A program made the position numbers and the translations under genes. DNA of 64,000 bases, taken from positions 1-64,000 of the forward strand of contig JBODTK010000105.1 in the NCBI GenBank assembly GCA_050613775.1, given 5' to 3'. The notes beneath the pieces are model-generated. The model was not told where the DNA came from, did not search any database, and saw only the letters and a list, made by a program, of their open reading frames with translations. The stretch is from Neocallimastix sp. 'constans' (taxonomy: Eukaryota). Shown piece after piece: positions 46,727 through 64,000 of the stretch. Within the stretch, counting starts at the first letter, position 1; each line of letters begins with the position of its first letter.

Positions 46727-46958
46727 ATTATTTACATTTCAGAAACAAAAGTTAACAGAAAATACAAAACAGAAAAAAAAAAAAAAAAAAAAAGAGTTTA
46801 CTTATTACTAAAATAATAGGAAAAAAGATATTATTCATTACTACAAAATTCTTAAGTTGTTCATTTTATTTAAACTTAATCAATTACTCCACGAAGATAG
46901 GATCTTCATATTTTTATTATTATTTTATTTTTTTTTTTTATTTATTTATATTTTTCTA

Positions 46959-47003
<45 letters not shown>

Positions 47004-49550
47004 CTATATTTCTTAGTTTTTAGTATTTTAGTTTTCATTGTTTCATTTTTTTTTAAATTGTAGTTTTTTAGTTCATTATGGAAAAGATATTTCATCGGGG
47101 GTTCTCGCTGCTATGGAACATCTATTGACAACACAGGGTTGATTTTTATCCGTGGTATACACTCATGGACTAATGCTAAAATAAAGGAATTTATTCATTC
47201 TAAATGTAAAAAAAAATTAATGATAATATTTTGTCAGTAAAGAGAATTATTAATTTCAGTGATAACTTCTTCAGGATAAAAGCATACACTCCAAATTTCA
47301 ACCACAAAAAATTTAAAAAAATATTTAAAAAAGCATTATCAGGAGTTAAAATTTCATATCGTAGATGTTCCAAATGGAATCATAAGATTTCTTTTCGGAA
47401 TTTAAAACAAATTTTAATATCTAATAACACATCCAATGATATTAACACAGTAAACCTCAGTTCAACAAATTTAGTAAATGTTAATAATGGCAATCATGAA
47501 CTCATTGCTCCCAATATTCCTAATCTTAATTCTCAAAATTCATTTTCACATTCTAACACAGGAAAGTTTTCTTTTTGTCTTAGTTGGAATACCAACGGGA
47601 TGGAATTTTTTGAAAAGAGATAGTATTGAGTACTTCAACACAATACTTAAACCATTATATATATGTTTTCAGGAAACAGGTAATGGTACCAATGAAGCTA
47701 GAAATCCATGTAAAGTAACACTTCCCAACTATAAATATTTCTTGAAAAGAATGAATCCTACTACTCCAGGTTGCAGAGGTTTATATCTTGGTTATCATGT
47801 CTCATGTCAAGCAGTACTTGAAGATTATTCCTATACTAATCTTGTTTCTTTAACAACATATAGTCTCTGGAATCACTCATAAGTGTTCTGTAGGTAATGT
47901 CTATATTCCCACTAAGAAACACTCATTACAAGTCCGATATGCATTTTCAGAAGTTTTCACATGGCTTCAGAATCACACTAATCATCCATCTATTCTTCTT
48001 GGAGATTTTAACATGGGTACCTCTGATTTACAAGATAAATTATCCAATAGTAACCTTGATAACTAGTTTATTCTTCCTATTATTAATGGTTCACCTATTT
48101 TATGGACAAGAGGTAGATATTCATCAGATATTAATCATGCGTTAGTCAATTCAAGTATGCTGGATATAATATAAAGTGCCTATTTTGTTGATTATCCTTC
48201 TCCTTCTATATCTGATCATAAACTTCTCATAGTTTATTGTTAGATAATTACCACAGATGAATCATTTTTGTTACCAAAAAAATTTGTAAGATGGGATAGG
48301 TATAAATGTCTTGAACAAAAGAAAGAAATATGTCATCACAATAATTTGAAATTCTTAGTGAAGAAACAGGAAATGAAGAACTTTCAATAGACTGTGTTAT
48401 TGAATAGTTCATTTACACTATTAATTCCATCGCTAAAGATTTATCGATTACATCTTCAACAGAAATCAGGAAAGCGATGCTTAGAATGTCACGAAAAATT
48501 TATTGTCTTCAAAAGGTAAAGTGTATTAAATTACAAGCAAATTAAGCGTTATGTTTCTGCAAATGATTCCAATGAATTTGCTAAAATAGTTGACTCGTAT
48601 AACAGATTTTGTGAATCAATTCATAAAAAATGTAACGAATTTAGGAAAAAAGAATATTTATATTGGATTAAAATTGGATGTTCGTTAGCTCTTAAAAAGA
48701 ATAGTAGGAAAGCATGGAAATGGGTTAAAAAGAATGCAAAAATAAATAATCAATCTTTCACGGTCTCTCATCCTATTAAAAATTATAATAATGAACTTGG
48801 TTTCTTCTACTGATGAAAAATTAAAAGTTTGGCATTCTCATTATAAATTCTTAGGGTCAGATTCTTCAGGTCATAGTCTTTCTAAAGATTACTGGAAAGA
48901 TTCTGATGCACTAAGGAATTTGGGAAGACCAAGGCAACAAGAATGGGATATTAACCAAGGTATTAGCGAAGAAGAAATTTGCAAAACAGTCTTCCTCCAC
49001 TCCTAACTTTAAACCTTGTGGTCCTGATGGTATTCCAATGGAATTCTTTAAAGCTTTGATTCCTTGTAAAGATGATTCAGAAGGATCAAGTGATAATAAT
49101 AGTAATATTTCATCTGGCTTTAAATGTCAGCCTTAATCAATCGTATTTGGAATGGTGATTTCCCAAAATCACGGAATAACGTATCAATAGTTTCTATTCA
49201 TAAAAAGGGCGATCCATCAGATTGTGATAACTATCGTGGCATCTCTCTTATCAATAATGGATTAAAAATTATAGCAAAAATTATAGCTAATAGAACCTCT
49301 AAATATGGAATTGATGAAGGTTTTATAAGACCTGAACAATATGGTTTTCGTAATCGAGAAGAATGTATAAGTCTTTACACTACATTAAGAATTATATGTC
49401 AGAGAAGGAAATTTGAAAATAAGGATACTTACCTTGCTTTTTTGGACCTTAAAAAAGCGTATGACTCAGTGCCCATATATAATGTATTAATGAAGATTCA
49501 TCACTTAGGTATTAGAGGTAAGTATTATAATTTTATTGAAAATTTATACA
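46272..49550 (+). mobile_element. Decayed non-LTR retrotransposon (APE-RT, family B), 3'-truncated within RT
   Basis: SWNTNG, CFQETG, GPDGIP, KKGDPSDCDNYRGISL, QYGFR and FLDLKKAYDSV motifs across frameshifted ORFs. Ends where duplication copy 2 begins. Confidence 0.9.
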
Positions 49551-49849
49551 TAATATATATACATATTAAGAATTATATTTAAAAAAAAAAAAAAAATTTT
49601 TTTCCTTTAACTATTTAAATATAAAAAATTTATATAATAATAGTAATAAAATAACAAAAAATTTTTTTTAAAAGTTATTAAAATTTAAAAATTTATAATT
49701 TTTAATAATAAAAAAAATATATACATTAGTTATATTATCTTTTAACTAAATAAACTTGTAGAAAAAAGTAAAAATACTATATAAAATTCATAAACTATAT
49801 ATAATAAATAAAATAAAATAAAATAAAATATCTTTTATATTATATTAAA

Positions 49850-51170
49850 TTAATATGTTATCTCTATTGAAATGACATTAGACATCTGCATGTTTTAATT
49901 ATGTAATTAATTTCTCCATTTTCCTTTAAACATTTTCTTGCTTGATTATCAATATAGAATGTTATATTAAATTTCTTATTTTAATATTTCTTTAATAATG
50001 TTCTTTAATCATAGTACTTTCTTGACATTTTCTGAAGTGCTTATATATTCAGCATCTGCGGTAGAAGTAGAAACATATGATTGCTTTTTAGATATCCAGC
50101 ATATAAGACTTTTTCTAATTAAAATAATTCTACTAGAAATATTTTTTTTTTACTATCGGTCTTATCAACTGCGAAATCTGAGTCTGTGTAAACAATTAAT
50201 TTTCCCCCTTCCTATCATATTTAATTTTATAATCTTTTGTACTTTTTATAAACAAAGTAATTAACATTTTATATAATTTAAAATGTTAGTTACTTTGTTC
50301 CAGTCTAAAGTTGTTGGTTATTCATCTTTGTTGGAAGCTTTATTTAAGAAAAAGGAAATTTCTGGTCTTGAACATTTTGATAAATAAATTAGAGATTCAA
50401 TTGTACTTTTTGTATATTGTTTTATCCAAAGGTTTTTTTTTTTTTTTTTAAGATATGTTATTGTCTCCTGGGTAAGTTGCTTTTTTTTTCAAGTATTATT
50501 ATGTTGAATTAATCTAGCATAGTTTCAATAACGCTTTTATAAGAAATTATATGATTTTTATTTTGTTTTTCAACTTTAATGTAACATTTAATTTTTAAAA
50601 TATACTCAATTGGTCTGTAATTTGATATTTTGAGTTTTCTTTTAATTTTCGATATTATATCATTAATGCATTTCTTTTTCTCCAGCAATAACCTTGTCTT
50701 CAACGTAGAATCCAATTAATATATTTAGTTTTATTATGTAATGCATGTTTGAATATACATTGATTGGCTTTTATTTGTTTACAATTACTATTAATTAAAA
50801 GCTTCATAACTATCTATCTGATTTTTTAAGGCAGTATAAAGCTTTAATAAGTTTACAGTATCCCCCCTCTCAAAGTTTATATCACCTTTAGGAATGATAG
50901 CGTAAATATCTTTTGTCAAGAGGTGTATTAAGATAAGCAGCCTTAATATCATGTTGGAAGATGTCTCAATGAAAAAAGCAGCTTTTAAATTAATATTTTC
51001 ATTTAAATTAATATTTTCATTTAAATTTTTGTTTTTTGATGTTTTCCCCATCAATGTTCATTTTCGTAAAAAGCAAAATAGGCCTCTTGGTATCTATTTC
51101 TTGTCTATTCAAAATTTCCTTGTTCTTCTTCAATACATTCAATATCATTAACATAGTTTATCTTTTTATT
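49850..51170 (-). pseudogene. Decayed Ty1/copia RT-RNase H relic (duplicate of 35600-36960)
   Basis: Near-identical to 35600-36960. Confidence 0.85.
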
Positions 51171-54026
51171 TTCTGTATCCATAATATATAAATAATTTTT
51201 TTTATAAAATCCAAGAAAAATACCCTTCTTTGGATTTATTATTTAATATTTAATATTTATTATATATTATTTAATTATTTATAATTTATTATTTATTAGT
51301 TATTATTCAATTATTTATTTATTATTATATATTATTTATTATTATTATTTATTAATAAATAACTTACTCTTTTTTATTTTTTATTATTTTTTATTATATA
51401 AATTTAATCAAATAATTAAATATAACTTATTCATAATATACTTATACATGTTATTATTTAATTGTATAATAATCTTTATATATAATTTTTTTTTATTCAT
51501 ATTGTTTTTTTTTTTTTTAATTTAATGACAAATATTTCTTTAATAGGAAATTTTAAACAATTAACTATAAATTAAGATTTAATTTCAAAATACTTTAATA
51601 AATAATAAATTAACAAAAAAAAAACTTTAATCAAAAAGAACTGTAGACTTTTTAACTAATCATTTTTTTTATTTAATCAATTTTATATTAAATAAGATTT
51701 AAATAATGGTTACACTTCACGATTACATTATTTATATCATTAATTAAAAATAAAAAAACAAAAAATAAAAAAAAACAAATGAAATAAAAGTCCATGTTAT
51801 GAAGATTTATTATTTATTTATTTGTCGTCCTCAATTAAATAATAAGAGGAATGTAAAATTAATAAAGGATGACACAGTTTATAATAAAAGAGAATGATAA
51901 AGTAATAATACTCTGTAAATACATGATATACTTTCACATATGAACAAAATATATATTCATATAAATATAAAATTTTTATTATTATAATTCTATAACATAA
52001 ATATAAATACATACACAGCAAATCCCAAAATTTTATTTGGGATAATATAAGCACTACAAAAGTAGTTATTTCTACTTAAACATACCAACGAACTCATGAA
52101 AAAAAAAAATTTTTTTTTTTTTTTTTTTTTTTTTTAACTTTAAACAACCGAACTAATATTATTTTTATTATACATTACATTAAAAATATAATATAGAATT
52201 ATAAATATTTTATAATTTATTTTTTTTTTTTTTAAATTCCTTAACATTTATAATATCAAAATATTTAAATTTTAAAATTTTTAAAAATATCAAATTTCAA
52301 GTAATGTCATTCAATGGTTTATAAAATCAATTTTATATTTGATGATGATTAACAGTAAATAATTGAATAATTGAATAATAAATAATAAATAATAAATAAT
52401 TAAATAATAAATAATAAATAATAAGTAATAAATAATAAATAATAAATAATAAATAATTGAATAATAAATAATAAATAATAAATAATAAATAATAAATAAA
52501 AGAGTTATTTATTAATAAATAATAATAAATAATTGAATAATAAATAATAAATAATAATATAATAATATAATAATATAATTTAAAGTTTAATTAATTTCCA
52601 TTTAATTTTTAGGATAAGAGTTTGTATATAAAATTGTATTAATTTTTTTTGTGTTTTATTTTTTTAAGTCTCCGATAATCAAGTCTGAATTTATTAATGA
52701 AAATGCTAACTTTTATTATTATTATAATTATTATTTTCATAAATTATTTATTAATTTTTTTTTATATTATTTACTAATTTTGATTCTTTATTAAATTATT
52801 GAAGTCAACTTTATTTCATAGGCAATAATTGTAATAATTATAATTATGTCTAAGTTTAATTTATTAGCTGTTCTTATTTTCATTATTATATAATTTATAT
52901 GCACAATAGAATCATATAAGAAATCATATATATAATACCAATCACATTTCAAAAAATAAATATAGAGAAAAAACTTCTTTTGAATGTTTAAAAAAGAGAA
53001 TAAAATTTAAACTAATACTATTTTTATTTCCTTCAAATTTTCCGCTATTAATGTAATAATATAATACATAATCTATTTTTGGAAAAAAAAATATTAAATC
53101 ATCATCATTTAAATAAAAACAAAAAAAAAAAAAGTTTCAATATTCAGGAAAAAAAAAAATTTATTTTATATTAATTTTAAAGAATCTTTAAAAAAATTTA
53201 AATTAATTTAATTTAAAATTTTTAATTAAAAAATAATATAATAACATTTTTATAACCAATGATTTGGAGGTAAATCTCAACTTTTTTTTAATAATATTAT
53301 AAAAAATTGTTAAGTTACACTAAAAAATGAATAAAGAAAAAGTATAATTACTAATATTTTTTATTTTAGGATTATTTATTTTATGATTATTCCTTAAAAG
53401 CATAGAGCATAGATTATATTATAGACTAGAAAATATTTAAAAATAATAGCTAATAATTTACTAAAATAAAATATAATAAAATATGAAATATTTAATATGA
53501 ATCAAATATTATCAAGCTTTAAAATAGATAGCAGAAGAAAAAATTAATTTCATCTGATTTTTTCAAACGTAGAATAAGAATTAACTATGAAATATAAAGA
53601 TAAATAAATAAATAAATAAATTTTTTTTTTGTTTATATAAACATAAACATGTTCTAATAAATAAATTAAAATTATAATGTTAAAAAAAAATTTGCATACA
53701 TATTATAATAAAAAAAATGGAAACATTTCTGATAATAAAAAAAATTTTTTTTTTTATTATTGGATAATGATGACTTTTTATGAAATAAAATTAAAGTTCT
53801 TATTATAGCTAATGTTGCTAATTTAATCAATTTAAGAAATATATATATAAATATATAAAAAAAGAGAGATAAAAATTAATATTGCTCTCTTTAACAAAAT
53901 AGAACAAATAAAATTTGATATTGTAAAGAAGTATTTAATAAAGATGAAATACTTCTGCTACTATTACTATTACTACTATTACTACTACTACTACTTTAAC
54001 TTTGATTAATATTAATACTTCTTCTT

Positions 54027-54074
<48 letters not shown>

Positions 54075-54147
54075 TTACTTTTACTTCTATTACTATTAAT
54101 ACTTCTACTACTACTACTACTACCACTACTACTACTACTACTACTAC

Positions 54148-54184
<37 letters not shown>

Positions 54185-54187
<3 letters not shown>

Positions 54188-54902
54188 TCATATCCAACAA
54201 ATTCTTCCGATCAATGTACCAAAGCTTATCAACCATGTGGTGGTAGCGAATTTCCAAATGTTCCATCCTGTTGTGAACTTGGGTTTGTTTGTGTAATAAA
54301 GAATCCATATTATCATCAATGTATTCCAGAAGATGCCTTTGATGATATGGTTAGTGCTTCTTCAACCACTTCTACTACTACCACAACTACCTCTTCAGTT
54401 CAACTAACTCAATGTAATAATCAACAACAACCACAACCAAATAATCCATACCCATTCTTCCCACCCCACAAAATTCTGAAGATCAACAAAACCCATAAAA
54501 CCAACAAGACCAACAAAACCAACAAAACCAACAAAACCAACAAAATCAGCAAAATCAACAATATCAACAATATCAATATGGTCAATGTGCCAAAGCTTAT
54601 GAGTTCTGTGGTGGTTCTCACCCTCAAGATGCTCCAAGATGTTGTGAAAGTAGTTATACTTGTGTCAAAAAGGACAATACCTACTATCAATGTATTCCAG
54701 ATTTCGAATTAAATTATGAAAATAAAAATAACAGTAATTGTGCTAAAGTCTATGATGGTATCATTTTTGAAAAAAAAAATGTTGTGTATCCGGTACAACT
54801 TGTGTTGAATTCAATGAATATCATCATCAATGTATTCCAAATGTTGGATTCTAAGGTGAGGTTCTCTTAATTTCTTAAGAAATTTTAAAAGATTTCTCTT
54901 AA
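54185..54902 (+). pseudogene. 5'-deleted, frameshifted copy of the dockerin-CBM1 gene (last three CBM1 modules)
   Basis: CTKAYQPCGGSEFPNVPSCC matches 44341 onward. Frameshift near 54465, further indels and stops after 54740; no signal peptide or dockerins. Confidence 0.88.
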
Positions 54903-55508
54903 AAAAAAAAAAAAGTAAAAATAAATTGAAATAAGAAAAAACAAATCTATATATTGGTAATGATAATAACTATAATAAATTAATTCTTTTTTATTAATTT
55001 AAAATTTTAATTTCCTTTTTTTTTTTAAAAATAAATTCTAAAACAAAATAAAATAATAATAATAAAGAAAAAAAAAACAAAAAGAAAAATAACAGTAATA
55101 ATAAAAAAATATTCATTAAGAAAAAATAATAATATATAAATAATAATTCCTTTATTATTATTATTACTAATCTTTGATTTTATAATTATTATCCACATTA
55201 TTGTATTACATATTTAATATAATAATAATAATTTTAAAAAAAAATTAAATTATACTTTAAATTTTAAAAAAAAAAAAAAAAAGTATTAGGCACATATCAC
55301 TAATATTTGTAATTATATATATATAAATATAATTTTTGTAATTTTTTTTATTTTAAAAAAAAATGTAATATATATACTAATAATCTAATTATTATTGTAA
55401 ATTTTTTTTAATACAAAATAATAATAATAATAATAATGTTAATAATATTTATTAAGAAAATTTTTACTATTTTACTATAATATAAATTTTTTACTTTATA
55501 TAACATAT

Positions 55509-55752
55509 TGTTAAAATTCAACATAATATTTAAACTTTTGTACATTAAAGTATTATAAATATTTATAATATTTGATTAAGTAATAATTTGTATGTAAAAT
55601 ATAAAAAGAAAATTTTTTTATGAAATTAATATTTTGAGTCTTTTTAAATACTTTTTTTAAATCATATAAATTAATAAATAATAAATTAAATTTAATTAAA
55701 TAATAATACATTTTGTTGTGTACACATCATATCTTATATTGACTCCTTAACA
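55509..55752 (+). repeat. 5' LTR
   Basis: TG...CA ends; matches 60566-60809 with about one substitution seen. Confidence 0.95.
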
Positions 55753-55767
55753 GATTAAGAGTCTCAT
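55753..55767 (+). other. Primer-binding site complementary to the anticodon arm of tRNA-Lys(CUU)
   Basis: GATTAAGAGTCTCAT; reverse complement ATGAGACTCTTAATC contains the anticodon loop CT-CTT-AA. Confidence 0.75.
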
Positions 55768-55854
55768 ATATCAAGAGACCTATTATTAATTTTAATTTTT
55801 AAAACATTTTAATGATTTTAATGACTTTATAATATAATTAATTATTTTATATTA

Positions 55855-60450
<4,596 letters not shown>

Positions 60451-60474
60451 TATTTCTTTAATTGTATATATATA

Positions 60475-60519
<45 letters not shown>

Positions 60520-60565
60520 TGTATATAATAATTAAAATATTATATAATACTTAATGTAGGGGGAA

Positions 60566-60809
60566 TGTTAAAGTTCAACATAATATTTAAACTTTTGTAC
60601 ATTAAAGTATTATAAATATTTATAATATTTGATTAAGTAATAATTTGTATGTAAAATATAAAAAGAAAATTTTTTTATGAAATTAATATTTTGAGTCTTT
60701 TTAAATACTTTTTTTAAATCATATAAATTAATAAATAATAAATTAAATTTAATTAAATAATAATACATTTTGTTGTGTACACATCATATCTTATATTGAC
60801 TCCTTAACA
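60566..60809 (+). repeat. 3' LTR
   Basis: Matches the 5' LTR; preceded by the polypurine tract. Confidence 0.95.
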
Positions 60810-60868
60810 CATATATATAAAGTTATTATATAATACTTTAAAAAATTTTCATTTTTAATTTATATTTG

Positions 60869-60914
<46 letters not shown>

Positions 60915-61124
60915 AAAAAGTATATTTTTTTTTCTATTAATATTTAAATAATAATTAATGTAATAATTCTCTAAAATATTAATAATAATAATAATAATTA
61001 TTTATTAATTTTAATATAAATATGCTTTTATTGATATTATAATATATTTATTCTTATTCTTCTTAATATCTTTTTATTATTATTATTATTTTTATTATTA
61101 TTTTTATTAATATTTTTATTAATA

Positions 61125-61163
<39 letters not shown>

Positions 61164-61445
61164 TTATTTTATTTTATTTTATATATCAAATATTAAAATA
61201 AATGAATAAAATGTATAAAAAATAAAAAATAAAAAAAAATTAATAAAATAATTAAATATAAGATGTAAAAAAAAATAAAAAATTATTATTATTTTTTTTT
61301 CATAATTTAAATTGTATAATGTTCATTGAATAGCTTCATCCCTCAAAATAGGAGATAATTTAGCAGGCACTGAATAATGTTTTCGTGCAGTTATCTAATG
61401 TCTGTCTGATTAATTCTTTCAGCGGGACCATTTTGTTGGAGATTA

Positions 61446-64000
61446 CCCCCAATGATGGAACCTAAGCTGTAGGGTTTCTGAGGGGATCAGTAAATAGTGT
61501 AATAATAAAAATTTTTTTTAATTATTTTTCAATTTATATGCAATCTCAATCTTTTTATATAAATCATGACTTTAGTTTTTAAATCAATTATTCAATCAAA
61601 AGACTTTTTTACACTATACTACTAACAATATTGTTTTTAAATTTTTTCTATACTATATATATATAATTTATCATTATATTTGACCCCAATGATGTGGACT
61701 GTCTTTCCGGGTCCATGGAGGGTTGATAGAAAAGGAATAGCCTATATCAGGTATACTAATTGCACCTTTCTGTGATTCTGATGATAATCGATGGTTATCC
61801 TTTCTAAAGTAGCTTCTAATACGATGAGAGAAAACAGGAATACTGGAAGACTGTAGAAAGTGAACCTGATGTTTTATATTGTTTTAAACTGGAGTTGTAT
61901 AATTAATAATATTATGTAGTTTCTACATATTATCATTGTAATGAATCTATTGTATTTTTTTACTTTAGCATTATTTTGTATATGTATTTTTCTATAGTAT
62001 TATTTATACTTTCATGTAGCTCTTGTAAAATGGAAATGAAGGAGAATGATTCACTTTAAAGCTTGTGTTTAAGACATTATTTAATGGATGGGAATCTTTT
62101 TTATAGTCTTTCTCTACTAATATTTTTTTTTTTTAAATATACTTTTAGCTAATTTATGATTATTCAACAGAAAATTTTTAACGTCTTAAAGAGCTTTATT
62201 AATTGAAATAATTGCATTCAGTCAAAAGATAAAAAGAAACGATTATTCATTTTAACAGTATATATAAGTAGTTTTGTATCAATAAATTTCTAACCCTTGT
62301 GTAAATTTATAAATATTATAACAGCAATACCGGATAAAATCAATTATTTACAAAATCAAAAAACTAATAAAATCATCAAGAACAACTATATAATTCAAGC
62401 TTTTCATATATTCAACACTAATATTTTTTTTTATATACTATTTAAAGGGAATTTACTTTCTCTTTTATTTTTATATTTATTTTATTATATATATTAAAAA
62501 AAAAATTTATCTATTTTTTATTATTATTATTTTTTATTTTATACTTCTCTTCTTTTATTTTTTTAGGCTTTCCTGAAATGGATAATACTTTTTCAAATTC
62601 AGCAACTATACCTGTTTTGCGGCGAGACCTTCGAAGATACGATATTCTTAATAAAGATTTCATTCTTATCTTTATTCATGATCTTCAATCATGGTCTGTT
62701 AGTAAACTTTGGGAATTTCTTAGTAAACGTATTTCCAATTGCAATGAAATAGTTCATAGAATTACAAAAAAACACACACCTAATATAGAAAATTACTTCA
62801 TTTTAAGGATAAACTATGATAAACCTACTTATTATCTAAATATTTTTTTTCTTCTTATTAGATGCCTTCCTATATATAAAATTAATTGGATCAAAACCAA
62901 AGAAGTTCGAACTTTCAGTTATATTAAGAAATTCAACAATAAGTTTTCTTCTTTTGAAACTAAATCAATGGTAAAAGATTTTCTTTATAGTAGCATTTAC
63001 TCACCGTCTACTCAATTCTTCAATCTTTGTGTCAGTTGGAACATTAATGGATGGAATGCTGAAAAACGTGATGGTATTAAATACTTTAATGAAATTTTTA
63101 AACCTATCTGTATTTGCTTGCAAGAGGTCGGTAATAGCCAATACCTTAATGTACATTCAAATAATTACCCATTTCTTTGTCACTATAATACAATTTTACG
63201 AAAAGCTGATCCAAATATACCTGGTATGAGCGGTCTTAGTATAAGTGTACATCGTTCATGTTCATTGTCTCCTGATCCTTTTGAATATAAGTATATCATT
63301 TCTGTCAACATTACTTCTTTTTAGGGAATTAAATGCACTATTGGTAATATTTATGTTCCTACGGTCACTCATAAGGAAGAAAGAAAGAAAGCCTTTTCAG
63401 AAATTACTAATTGGATAAAGAAACATACTAACACTCCTTCTATTCTTGTAGGTGACTTTAATATGTCTAAATCCCAATTAGAAAGTTTACTTAATAAATC
63501 ATCTCATCAGTGGTTCACTAAAAACTTATCAGGTCTCGAGTTCACATGGGCTCGGGATGGTAGATCGTCTTGTATTGATCATGTTTTTATTTAATTGTAA
63601 AATGAAGGAATACATTAACAAGGTATCTGTTTGAAGTACATTCAATGATATATCTGACCACTTCCCTCTTATCCTTTCCTGTAAGAAAGATGACTCAGAA
63701 GGTTTTCGTGCTCCTGCACCTTCTAGAAGATTCAAGTGGTCCCAACACATGTGTAATGAAAAGCACAATGAAATATTCTCAAGTAACTACTTCTCAATTC
63801 TTCTTAATGAATTTAATGATAATAAAGAATTAAGTTCTAATGAAATGGTCAATAAATTTATAGAAACAGCTTATAAAGTTGGTGATAAAATTCATGTTAG
63901 AGTTCCTTGTGATCTTAAAGGCTCAGCTTTCCACTGCCCTTATTATATCAAGAAACTTTCTCATGAAAAGCATGTTGCATTTTATGAAATCAAAAATTTT
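61446..64000 (+). mobile_element. Non-LTR retrotransposon family A, 5' part (leader + disrupted APE ORF from 62578); runs off the right edge
   Basis: SWNINGW, CLQEVG, VGDFN, IDHV and SDH endonuclease motifs; premature TAG at 63322; matches 2000-4452 in reverse. Confidence 0.9.

Noticed and set aside
61446..61485. SECIS element
   Set aside because: Has an AUGA/GA core, but the upper helix is too short and it is not in the 3' UTR of a UGA-containing ORF.

Overview
Extremely AT-rich, intron-containing eukaryotic DNA. Fungal dockerin plus CBM1 domains and the base composition point to an anaerobic gut fungus (Neocallimastigomycota; this is an inference). Three host genes are present. (1) An intronless 3164-aa Gtb3/PelF-like membrane GT4 glycosyltransferase (minus strand), whose ORF stops inside the GT4 domain next to a LINE. 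(2) An intact 11-exon receptor-like gene with a beta-helix-like ectodomain, an EGF module and a multi-TM region. (3) A secreted non-catalytic protein with 2 dockerins and 8 CBM1-like modules. The rest is repeats: three decayed APE-RT non-LTR retrotransposons of two families, one young intact Ty1/copia element, several decayed copia relics, a ~11-kb segmental duplication and microsatellites. The most unusual signals are a ~450-nt structured-looking 5' leader shared by two different LINE families that opens with a box C/D-type kink-turn hairpin (a second k-turn with different stem sequence lies upstream), and a copia primer-binding site complementary to the anticodon arm of tRNA-Lys(CUU). All calls were made by eye; no searches were run.
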